NCBI GenBank assembly: GCA_964200185.2
Contig: CAXNAD020000068.1
Location: 1-32,761 of the forward strand
From: Choristocarpus tenellus KU-1152
Taxonomy: Eukaryota; Protista; Phaeophyceae
Reading direction: 5' to 3'
Length of the DNA: 32,761 bases
Shown here one piece after another: positions 21,629 through 32,761 of the stretch (positions are counted from its first letter, which is position 1; the number at the start of each line of letters is the position of its first letter). A program made the position numbers and the translations under genes. The notes below the pieces were generated by a model. That model searched no databases, was not told the DNA's origin, and worked only from the letters and a program-made list of their open reading frames with translations.

Positions 21629-23109
21629 ATGAGCACAGCAGATATCCCCTCCACCTCAAATCCTCTCTCCCCTGTCTCTAATACTCCGGCGCTCCCTTTC
21701 CCAACTGCAGACCCCACAGAGGTCCTCATGCAGTACGTAACCAACTCCCTGGGGATGGAGAATGCATCTGTGGTTGAGGTTGGGGCACTCAACGGCGTAA
21801 AGACGTTCCTGGTTTGGAGGCTACCTGTACGTATGCGTGAGAGCACCACAGTGAGTTGATAGGGGAGTATGGTAGGAGTACGCGGAATTGAGGGGGAGTG
21901 AAAAAAAAAGCAAGGAGTGTGGTTGACCTGACCTGACCCACAAGTGGGAGGGAAGAATATGGGGGCAAGAGCGCTTCTGACTAGATGCTAGTTGCGTAGG
22001 GTACTGCTCCTAGAAGATGGGAGGTGATATATTGAGGCTGGACGACCTGTCTTGGGCGTGATGATGAGGCACGCACATCCTTGTTGTTTCTGTTCATATA
22101 TAGTGGTCAGGACATCCATCAAAGGGGAAGGGTAGTCAGCCAGCCCCGTGCCGTCTCCCTCTTCCCCCCTCCCACCTGCACCAAGTGTGACACCCCTGTC
22201 CCTGATCCCACCTTCCTTCCTTGTTCGCGGCTTCCACTCTGCAGTCTGTCTCAACTGGAGGGGCAATGCCGGAGGCAATTGCATACCCGGGGGAGGCTGA
22301 GACCGCGAGTGAGGAGCGCCAGGGAGGCAATGCTGAGATGGGGCGTGGTGCTGAGGATGATAAGGCAGTGGGCACTGTGGTCCTTGACCTGGAGACTGAG
22401 ATAGCTCTGCTCCAGCAACAGATTGGTGAGCAGGGGGTGCATTGAGTTGGTACTACAGACAGTACTGCGTGTCATGTGTTGGAAGAGTTTGTTGCAAGTG
22501 GTGTTTGGTTGTCTTTTTCACCTCCCTGCCCAGTACTGGAAATTGCTTGTTCCACGTGTGTGAAGAAGGGGTGGTGCCTTTCTCAGGTCTGAGGAGGTGG
22601 TTCTTGATGGTGCAGGGTGCAGCGCCCGGTTACCACCGTGTGTTGCAAAGGATTGTGGCTCCTGTCTTGGGTTGGGCAGCTTAGGGTGTGTCTGCTGTTT
22701 TGTGGTGTTGTTTTCAAGCAACAACAATAACAACATGGGTGTTGTCATTGTTGCAGCTGTTCCTTAGTTGGTAGCCCCTTCTTGGCCAATGCATTGCAGT
22801 GATCTACTCCGCCGTCAGAAACAGGGATGATTTTGGTGTTCTCATTCTTGATTTTTTTTTTCTGGGGTACTTGGGTATTTCTACTTGAGGGACTTGTGCT
22901 AAGAATGCAAGGTGATGCGAACTACTTGTGTTGCCAATTGCCAATTGCCACATTTCCGTCTTGTCACAAGTTTTGTTTGAGTACACGAGCTCACCGGATG
23001 AATATTTTAGTCAAGGTGATAGCAAAAGCGTTGATTAGAACAATGTAAATATCTTAAATATCTTAAATATCTCAAATATCTTAAATATCTTAAATATCTC
23101 AAATATCTC

Positions 23110-23150
<41 letters not shown>

Positions 23151-26100
23151 CCCTGGATTTGCTTTCCCGGCCCCTGCTACATAATGGATCTCTTCACTCT
23201 TGGTGCCACAAAGGCTCTCCCACACCACAGAACCGAGAAGATGCAGAGTTCATGTCTTCCTTCAGGAACATGTCCAAGGTGGAGGCGATTTTGGTGATGC
23301 TGCGCATGGGTCGGGACCTTGACTCCGCGCTGAGCAAGGTGAGGGAGGTAACTTAAGAGAGCACAATGAACTGCAACTTCCCACAGTACCAGAGAGCATG
23401 TTGCAATTTGACATGAGAGGCACAAAATTGGATAGTTAAGTACACGATAGCGCTTGGAAGCAGTATGAATGTATATATTAGGGGTAGTGGTTCAATGGGT
23501 TGCTGTTATTATTGATAATGATGTACTGTTTTGAAATTCAGTTTTTATGTAGTGTGTATGTTTTAGGGTGGTTGAAGCAAAAGAGGAAATAAAAAAGGAT
23601 AAGGGCATGCTTTTCTGGGCTGTTGAAACAGCGGGCTAGTTGGCTCTGTGGCATTGGCAAACCACTTTGTTGTGGAGTTTGTTGTATTTCAACAATCCAG
23701 GACGTGTTCACTCTCACTCTCACTCTCACTCTCACTGTTGACACCCTTCTCCCCACACCCTGCCTGGAGCAGCTCTGTCTCTAACCTCTTGACCCGGGAC
23801 TCTTTTTCACGTGACGTCTTCATCCACTGCTTGTTTGAGTTTGAGTTTGAGTTTGAGCAATCAGCAAGATTATAAGTTTGGTGTGAGAGGAAGTGTGGCA
23901 TAAATAACACAACTACCCCCACCAAAGACAGAGTAGTAGTGCAAAATATCTCTATCTTTCACGCCATAGTTTCTTGTACCTTTTGTCTGTTTGTCTTTTT
24001 TTTTCTTTCCAGTGTGCTGCAGAGGAGTCAGCAGAGATGCAACGCTTGCGTCGGGAGGCCTCTCGGGCAGAGGACCTGGAGGATAAGCTGGCAAAAAAGA
24101 GCCTCCTTCTGAGGCAGAAGGAGGTGGAGGCGTCCGCGCTGGTCAGCAATGCCGGGGTCCTGGCTGAGCTCAGGAATGAGGTTCTCACAAAGGTGATTTG
24201 CCAACTACTGAGCATTTCATAGTGCATACATACTCTGGAGTAGTAGCACGTTTTTTTGTTTGTGGAAGGAGGAAAGAAATAACAAGTGATTTGAAGTTGC
24301 AGTTGCAGTGACCAACTTCATTGTGTGCGTGAGGTTTAGAAGGGAGAAATAAGTTTCTTCCATGGCAGGGGGGGGAGGAGAAGAAACCAGGTACCCAAAA
24401 CCTAACGGGGGGTGGGGTGGAGAAATATGGAGGAGAAATGTGGAGGAGAATGTGGAGGAGAAATGTGGAAGGGTTCATTTGAGGGAGGACTAGGGGGGTA
24501 GACGCGGGTGTTTGTCTCCCTCTCAAGAATTGCCATAAACGTTGCGTGACCCCTAGTCTTGTTCTTGTTCACCGCCGTAGAGCAATCCCCCCTCCTCCAG
24601 CTCCCGCCTTTCCTCGAATTGATAAGAAATGGGTTTCCATGGCAGTGTACAATTGTTGCTGCAATGTTTGGTAGGGTATGGTGTACTGGCCGGCCGGTCC
24701 CTCCACTGCACATCTTGGTTCGAAAATAAGAGAAGGAAGAAAAGCAAACTCCTGTGATAATGTTTTTTTTTTTTCCTTTCATCAATTACCCTGTCTTTGT
24801 CTGTATGTCACCCTACCCCACCGATCAATCAGGACCTGGCCCTCAAGGATCTCACAGCGCAGCTGGATGACCTTCGGGCTTCAGAGGCAGTAGCTGCTGC
24901 ATCCCATGCTTTGGAGCGCGATTCCCTCGTTGCTGAGTTGGCTGCAGTGAAGGCGGCCTTGGAATCTGCCGTGGTCACTGGTTCGGTGTGGAGGGGTGGA
25001 AAGGAGGGGGAAGGGCAGGGAGAAGGTTTTCAGTCCTTACCTTCTGGGGAGGATGTGTTGAGTGAGCCACCAGAGGGGATAGAAGACAGGGCTTCATTGT
25101 GCTCCAATGCAAATTCTGTTGAAGGAGAAGAAATTGATTATGAGGCTGAGGAGGAGGAGGAGGAGGAGGAGGAGGAGGAGGAGGAGGAGGAGCTAGCTCT
25201 TTGGTGCATTATTGAGGAGGAGGAGGAGGAGGGAGAGGAGAAGCCAGCCCTTTCCTGCATTATTGTGGAGGATGAGGAGGAGGAGGAGGAGGAGGAGATG
25301 GAGGAGGAGAAGCTAACCCTTTCCTACATTATTGATGAGGAGGAGGAGGAGGAGGAGGAGGAGGAGGAGGAGGAGGAGGAGGAGGAGGAGGAGGAGGAGA
25401 AGGAGGAGGAGGAGAAGTTAACGTCTAAACCTGCACCAATGCCCATGACATTGAAGTATTCTCTCCCTTGTGCTGCACCTCCTTTCCCGCCCTCTCCCTC
25501 CACCCCCCCTACTCCGGTGGGAAATCAGACAGTCGCTGAGAGGAAGGAGAGGGTGCTACAGATGGCAATTCCATCCAGTCAGTCTCCCATGTCTCGCTTG
25601 GCGCCCGTGGAGCACGGCCTGGAGATGGCACAAGATGTAGCTGTCATCATGGAGACAGGTTCATGGCGGGTGAGATTTGGTGTTGTGGATCTGTCCTGGG
25701 ATGAAGGAGGTGAGAGGGCTTCCTTGGCGGCGGCAGGTGCAAGCGAGGGGAAAGGAGGGGCTGGGGCATCGGGGGGGGGCATGCTGTCGTACTTCGATGA
25801 CTTCCCGTGCTGTGTGGCCCGTCCGCGGCATGAGAGCATGGACCTGGCCGAGGTGGTCAATGGGGCATCATCCCTGGCCGCACCCATGTACAGGGAGTTT
25901 CGCGAGTAAGTTTTTTCTTGTGTGTTGGTGGAGAGTTTTGTTTTCTGTGTCTGCTGTGTCTGCTGTGTCTTCTGTTATTGCCATTGGTCCTGCCCGTCCA
26001 TCTCTTTGTTTGTTTGTTCCTTGGTGTAAGCTATGCAAGTGTTAACCAAACCAAACCCTATCCCCAACAACTTTTTTGTTGTGCTTGTGTTGTGTTGACT

Positions 26101-29100
26101 TGTGCTGTGTAGCTCTACTATGCTGTAGTAGTCCAGTTTTGTGCTGTATTGATTTGGTCGGTCAGCTGAAGGTGCCCTGGCTCTCTGGTGTTATATGTAT
26201 TGATGCACATGACCTCTTCTTGAGTCCCACCTGTAGGTTTCCACCCAGGTAATGCCTTGTTCTGTGTATGAGATTGACCCATTGGTCTCTTCCCTCACCC
26301 CACGCCGTGCCGTGCCGTGCCGTGCCAAGTCAAGCCAAGCTGAATTTCCTGCTCCTGCTCCTAACCCTAACCCTAACAGTCCCCCCACCCATACCCCCCC
26401 ACCCCTCAGCATTGGCCTCTTTGTGGGGGGAGATGCATGGTACTGTACCATGGAGCACCCGGACAGAGGCCTCCGTTCGAAGCTGAAACTGTCCTTCCCC
26501 ATGGAACAGGGACTCCCCACCCCGGATGTTGAGCGGCTGTGGGGACATGCCTACAGACTGCTGAAGCAGTCGCCTGATTTGGCGCCGCTGGTGTTACCGT
26601 ACAAGCCTACGGCAACCTGGGAGGAACTGTGGCCAATGGTCTGGTTCCTCTTCAGCACCCTTGAGGTGCAGCATCGAGATGTCCAAAGCACCTTGCTTGT
26701 AGTTTGTGTTGGTCTCTCCCTGCTGATGATGTGATATTCCTGTGTACTATGGATGCGTTCGTGCCTGCCTTCATTAGTTTATTCTGTGTGCCTACAGCAA
26801 TGGCGAAAAGAGAAAGTGTAGTACATCTACTTGCATTTTTCATTTTTTTGGCATCAATCTAGAGTTCAGTTCAAATATTGAGATACAGTTATAGACACCC
26901 TGCCTGCCTGTCTGTCTGTCTGTCTGTCTGTTGTTGTTGTGCAAGGTGGTGGTTACCGAGCTTATACCTGCATCCCTCCCTCCCCCATAATTTTATCTTT
27001 TCTAACTAAGAAAGAAGAGAATACGTCCGATGGCCTTGTAAACAATATATCTCCTGTGGTGTGGTGTGCTTTGTGTTTTGTAACAGGTGCCAGCGATACG
27101 CCTCATCAGCGAGGCAACTCTAGCGGCAAAGGCAGCTGGGGTTCGCACAGGGGTGGTGGTGGACCTCGGGGAGTCCGGGGTTTATGTTTCACCAGTCTTT
27201 GAGGGCTGCCCCCTCACAGAGTCAGTACGGACTCATAAGGTGGGGGGCGGCTGCCTTACCAGGTACCTGGAGTACATGCTCCTGAGTCGTGCCAATGAGC
27301 ACTTCAACCAGTTGGTGAGTGAGTTGGTGGGCGTGCTTGGTGCAAGAAGACATTAGGGTGCATAGTATACTTACTTGGAAGTGTGGAGTATGCTTGAGTG
27401 TATGTGATGCCGTTGATGTTTGACATCACCCGGTCAACCAACACCCAAGACATTTGGGGGGAGGAGAGGGGGGGGGGGGTTAAAATCTGTTGGCATGGTT
27501 GGGATGGGTGTGGCCTGATGTCTGATTCTGATTAAATGTTTTTGTCATGGCAGGGGAAGTGAGTCTTAGTCTTGTGAGGGAAGTAAGTATATTGAGTGCG
27601 CTACTACTCTGAGTTATATCACAACACACTAGCAATAGCAGCATACTTGGCCAAATAGGAGGCACTGGTATCCTCCTGCAGTGGACTGCTCAGGCCTACT
27701 TTGCCCACAAGAAGACAGAACAGAACAGAACAGAACAGAAAACAGTGCAATGACTTGTACCCCACGCTGAAGCCGTTGCCAATCCGGGCCGGTACATACT
27801 GACTCCGGTGAATGCACTTGCAGATAGAACCGCGAAGGATGGACTTTGCAAGGCAGGTGAAGGAAGGGAGCTGCTTTGTGTCCATGGACTTTGCGGGGGA
27901 GGTGAGGAGGGCCGGGCAGTTTAGGAGGAAAACTGTCCGGGTGATGGGCGATGGGGATGTGCCTGCAAAGCTCAGCGGCTATGCAGTCTGCAGTCCCACA
28001 GAGTGAGTAGTTGTTCTGACAAGATGGAGTGTGAGGTGGGTTGGGACACGCTGAAAATGAGCATGCTGAGGTTAGGTCACTGATTGGCCTGCACTTTGCA
28101 CTTGGGTGCAAGAAATGCGAGTTCTCTGCCCTCCCCCTCGCATTTTTTCCTGGTTGAGGTTCCTTAACAAGGCCTTGACAATGAATACTTTAGCGAGTAC
28201 TTGTTGTTTTTGTCACTCTGTTATTGCTAGTCCCCTCTCCATCTTCCAGCTCCACTTGCTATTGGCTCCAAGCCCAACCCTATACTATGCCTGATGGGAC
28301 GTTTCGTTGTGTTCAAGGTGCTACAGCAACGGTGATACACCCGATGAGCCGGTGACGGTGTCATTCACCACGGCAAGTGGAGAGGCTCTCCTTGTAAAGG
28401 TTGGCCTGGAGAAGTTCCATGTTGGGGAACTTCTCTTCCAGGCAAGCGGTACTTTATTTATTTATCATATATATATATATATATTATCTTGGTCTTTTTT
28501 CTTTTTTGATAACCATTGCGGCTACCTCTCTGGTGTTGATACCTGTTCCTTGTCCAGAGAGGTTCCCCTGGGGGATGGTGTTGATGGATGCGCGTATCAA
28601 TTCAGGACTGGTAATAGTGAAAGTTGAAATATGCTGCACTTGGAAGTAGCACATTTTACATTTTGATCTTGTTTGCATGAACTCACAGGGGTGTAGAGTG
28701 AGCACCCCGTAGTGATCACGTTTGGTCCCATCAATGGAAATAGCCTGTAGAGTTACAATAGTATCTAGTTCTGGAGATGCGCTATTAACATAAGGCTATT
28801 TACTCTCCACTGCATCACAACATCAATTCACCCTCGGAGTGTATCCCCTCCACTACCCTCCACTGCCCTCCACTCCCCCCACCCTCCATCTCCCAACTTG
28901 CACAAATGCCAACCAAATGACATCCAGCCACACTTGTGGCACCAAGAGGGAGAGATCCCCACGAGCCTGGCCGCTGTGGTTGTGGATGCTGTGATGTCAT
29001 GCACGCCTGACATTCGAGAGACTCTCCTCAGCAATGTTGTGCTGGTGGGTGGGTCTTCGAGCCTGCGTGGGCTGGGACCCCGTATGCTGCAGGAGCTTAG

Positions 29101-30060
29101 GATGGAGGCCCCTGATCACCTGTGCGGTGTGGTCAATGTGAGGGTGTTGGGTGCAGAGGAGTTGCAGCACACGTGAGTGTTGACGATTATCTCATGGTCA
29201 GAGTTTTCGTTTCTAGTACTATAAATGTTGAGTGAGATGTAAGAAATATCACCACTAGTATGTTTTGAGTATTTTGGTGGGGTATTAATAGCTGCTGCTT
29301 GTGTAACATTTGTCCTGGTTAGAGGCAGCTAGCTCTATTGCCAAGGTCAACCTCAAGAAGTGTAAATGCCTTGCCGCTGGTGGGAAGAGGTATTGTTAGT
29401 TTGCAGTCCCCAACTTTGAGTTGAGGCCTGTCTCTCACTAAGCAAACGCAATAGTGTCTGCGTGCATTTATCGAGTTATCAAGCACCCACCTATCCTTGT
29501 CACAATACCCCAGGAAGTAAGTGCATTCATCATCCCTGACCGTACTTGAAAGCGATAGATCATCAACCAGTGCATAGGTGCATAGGTGCATAGGTACATA
29601 GGTGCATAGGTGCATAGGTACATAGGTGCATAGGTACATAGGTACGGGCATTCAATCCAATGCAAACAATCCCCTTCTCTGCAAGCAACAGGAGCAATGT
29701 ATTGATGTAGGGACGTAGTCATGCATTGATCGACCAACCCAAGCGCTCTCTCCACCCATCCTGTCTGACCTTCCTTCACTTAAATGACACAGCGGGCGGT
29801 ACTCCCAATGCTTCTCTCATCCGCACTCCTCTCCCTCTCCGCCCTGCTCAGCCTCCTCCTAACCATTGGCCCTCTCTCTCCTCCCTCTCCTTCCCTGTTA
29901 CACGCCCAGCAACCCCAACTCCCGATCGAGTACCTCAGCAGTTCTGCGGGGCGCAGAGATGCTCTGTGGGGCGGAGGGACAGAACAGGAAGTCCTGGCTG
30001 TTGCGCCCCGACTGGGAGGAGGACCCCGAGCGCCTCATGAGGGAGTATTACCTCACCTGA
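21629..30060 (+). CDS. Divergent actin-related protein with N-terminal coiled coil, poly-Glu and Pro-rich segments
   Basis: Well-supported exons: 24013-24192, 24833-25905, 26410-26665, 27087-27314, 27824-28002, 28327(or 28318)-28441, 28928-29172, 29910-30060, with consistent phases. Actin-fold motifs appear in order: VIMETGSWRVRFG, FPCCVARP, FVGGDA, LKLSFPMEQG, VERLWGH, TGVVVDLGESGVYVSPVFEG, VGGGCLTRYL, RQVKEGSCFVSMDF, EKFHVGELLFQP, SCTPDIRETLLSNVVLVGGSS, AVLRGAEML. Tentative 5' exons are 21629-21850, 22245-22425 and ~23231-23347; the phase between the last two does not resolve cleanly, so the start is uncertain. Confidence 0.8.
23047..23137. repeat. (AAATATCTY)n 9-mer array followed by (TA)n
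   Basis: Directly visible. Confidence 0.95.
25148..25420 (+). repeat. Coding (GAG)n tracts nested in a higher-order tandem repeat
   Basis: Four GAG runs are separated by related spacers (gagctagctctttggtgcattatt, aagccagccctttcctgcattatt, aagctaaccctttcctacattatt) within an open frame. Confidence 0.9.
29571..29645. repeat. (CATAGGTR)n 8-mer array in the last intron of the actin-like gene
   Basis: Directly visible. Confidence 0.93.
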
Positions 30061-30239
30061 GGGGAAGGGAGGGATTGGCGTATGGGGGCCTACACTGGAG
30101 GTTGAGGGGTAACCATCCGGTCTAGTAGTGCTTGTGAGCATGCGTGTGTGATACAATGGATATGAAAGAGTGCCATTGTAACTTGTTGTCAATAGATGTT
30201 TGTGGGAAGGGATTGAAGAACAGACAGTCCAATAAAGGA

Positions 30240-30425
30240 CTGCTGGAGTGAAGCCTGTCTCCCTAAAGTTGCATCATATATATTGTAGATGGTCAATTCT
30301 TATGAGACTATTCACAAATTCACAAAGACCTTTTTGGAAAACTCAAACCACCTTAATGAGCATACAACTGGACCATCTACAATGTATGTAATGCATCCTT
30401 AGGGAGATAGACATCACTCCAGCAG
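30240..30425. mobile_element. 186-bp fold-back element (MITE-like) with ~65-bp imperfect terminal inverted repeats
   Basis: The left arm 30240-30304 (ctgctggagtgaagcctgtctccctaa...ttgtagatggtc...) aligns without gaps to the reverse complement of 30361-30425, with about 12 mismatches in 65 by eye. No clear target-site duplication. Confidence 0.7.
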
Positions 30426-30514
30426 CTCTCGTTCGGGTCGTGTGTTCTTCAACCACTTCCCACAAGCATTTATTGAGAAGAATTTGCAACAAGGACTATT
30501 ACATGTCCATTTTG

Positions 30515-30592
30515 ACATACATACATACATACATACATACATACATACATACATACATACATACATACATACATACATACATACATACATAC
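30515..30592. repeat. (CATA)n microsatellite
   Basis: Directly visible. Confidence 0.97.
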
Positions 30593-31699
30593 TCGTGTAT
30601 TGTGTGTTGGTGCACTATAATGGAGTAGAAAATAGGAATGGAGAGGCATGAAATTTTCGTCTGGGGACCTGGAGTGAAGAAGTGGGTAATGCAAAAAATA
30701 AAATTTACATGCAGGGGCTCCAGCTTTACCAAGGTCGTCACTATGGAAACATTGGAGGTATATTCTCAAAAAGGGACAAAATTCGCTTCTAAATGGTGTG
30801 CAGATTGAAGAGGAAGTAAATTATCTAAGTTGAGTCAAGTTCGCATTCAGGGCCTCAGGTTTGAATGTGAAGTCTACTATTGACACTATTTGTAGCCTGA
30901 AGGCATATAGTTCAATCCTGAAGGGTCAGGATTGAGGAAGAATATGGGCAATGTTCAGGGGTGTGGATTTTACGTGTGGTACTGAGAATTGAGACTTAAC
31001 CTGTCAAAAAAGGCACAAAGTTTGCTTGTGCGGGTTCAGGTTGAAGGGACTCCTTAGGAGGGGAGCTTAACATCCTAGATCGATTACGCATCAGGACCTA
31101 TAATATCTGCCGCCAATATGTCATCCTATCAGTACTAGTACATGCAAATATTTTTACCATGCCATCAGTATTTTCACTACTTCTAGCACAGCTATTAGCC
31201 AAAAATGGATATTTTCCCACTTGATATTCAATCCCATCTATTCAAATCAAGTTAGATTTGTAGATGAAAAAATAGGTCCATGGATAAATTAAAATCTTCG
31301 ATGAAAAACAATTAGAGAAATTCAACTTCCTGAAAGAATAGAGGGTGGTATGATGATACTGTAAGAAAACTGGTAGATATTTTTCTGTTTTATATATTTT
31401 ATTTTTTGGATGATTTTGCTACATTTTATTGGTTCCAGTGTCGTGACCCTCTTGGCATGCCCTCTCCACACAATTCGAAATACAAACAGATTATTATTGT
31501 TCCACCACGAGGGCACACAACATGATCAAATAACTACTGGTACGTATCAGACCAGGAAGTACATTTGGATCTACAGTACTCCAAATACACGATACATTGA
31601 GTTGATAACAGTCAGCTACAGCCAATGGTTGCAGACTGCCTGGGAGCGCAAACAAGCAAACTGCTACTAGCAAGTGCTTTTTGCCTAAGCCTCCTTGCT

Positions 31700-32080
31700 A
31701 TTCAAATTGACCCATAACAAACAAGGGGATAGGATTTCCCCACAAACATGCCTGTAGGGTCTTCAACCTTACCTATCCCAGCAAAGGGTTCATGTCTCAA
31801 GGATATCAATAGCCTCTCCTCTTCCTATTGCTCTTACAGTACACAACCATTGCCTCAATCACTGTCAACACCACTCAACACTTCCATAACAAACGCACTC
31901 ATGATGTAACACCAACATCATGACACAACATCAATTCAAAATCAACTCTTTACACCCACTTTTAAAAACAAAGCATCTCAACATATTCCACACATTGAAC
32001 AACACTTAAACACCTGTTGGTGCCTTTCCAATCACATGTTATAATTACTTTCAGGTTCACACATACATAGCTTGACAGCT
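31700..32080 (+). repeat. Old dispersed repeat, copy B (related to 14935-15270)
   Basis: It shares collinear words with copy A and has the same CA-rich strand skew. Confidence 0.45.
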
Positions 32081-32761
32081 GCAGCATTAGCCAACAGCAC
32101 ATCAAACTTTGACCAAGAACATATATTCCATTGTGTCACATTATACTCCAGCAAATACACATCTGCCCATGAAGCCATCGAAGGCTAGGCTAGGCACGGA
32201 CAGGCTGTCCAACGTCTTGAATACTGGTTTGATGCACAATCCCAGACAAATGGACTTCCATGAGATCCTTATAAAACTTTGTGAATTCAAGGTTATCCCC
32301 CTTGCCCCTCCGCACCTATTGAGAACGCACAAGGGAAGGAAGTATGAGGGGGACAAGAAAAAATGTAAGTGATCCCTCTGACCCCCTGGGGATATTTATG
32401 GATGGATCAATCAAGCACCATCAAACACCAATGGCAACATGCACCTTATTTCTTTTATAAAACCCGATATAGTTAGTTGATACTGTACACAAATCTCTGT
32501 GAAAAAAATAATAATATGCCCTGGACTATTAGCACCCACAACCATAACCACTCTTCTTGGCGCTGCTCAGAAGAAAGGCAAGAGAAATGCAAAAGTGAAG
32601 CCAACACCAGGTATAGTAATGGGGCCAAGCTCAAAAATCTTGAGTACACAAATAGTAAGTCAGTGCATCAAGAACAGAAAAACATTCATGGAAGAACAGA
32701 AATCGTCGTAACATCACAGGAAGATTTAGGTAGAGTACAAGTGTTGGGGGGGGGGGAATCA

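Noticed and set aside
22770-22830. Candidate extra exon (…SDLLRRQKQ) to fix the phase of the actin-like gene's 5' end
   Set aside because: There is no canonical donor before the in-frame stop, so it cannot be supported without transcripts.
26360-26377. (CCCTAA)-type telomeric repeat
   Set aside because: Only about three units inside an intron near a branch-point region, indistinguishable from the many other microsatellites.

Overview
Eukaryotic nuclear DNA from a photosynthetic stramenopile-type alga. This is inferred from spliceosomal introns and a bipartite, ASAFAP-like plastid-targeting presequence; the species cannot be named from sequence alone. Three spliced genes were reconstructed by hand. 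(1) RAD23, minus strand, 7 exons, ~489 aa. (2) The PSII assembly factor HCF136/Ycf48, plus strand, 9 exons, ~427 aa, head-to-head with RAD23 with 197 bp between start codons. (3) A large, divergent actin-related protein with an N-terminal coiled coil and poly-Glu repeats, plus strand; its 5' exons are uncertain and it has one GC-AG intron. The rest is decayed mobile DNA (hAT, Penelope-like, Ty3/Gypsy relics), local tandem duplications, microsatellites and a 186-bp fold-back element. The most notable observation is that this RAD23 continues ~84 aa past UBA2 and ends in ...EGDEDMYG-stop, closely resembling the p97/Cdc48 C-terminal PUB-interacting/HbYX motif. Also notable are a frameshifted bacterial (alphaproteobacterial-like) uvrD fragment near the window start and the orphan actin-like protein. 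All exon models and motif matches were made by eye; no searches were run.
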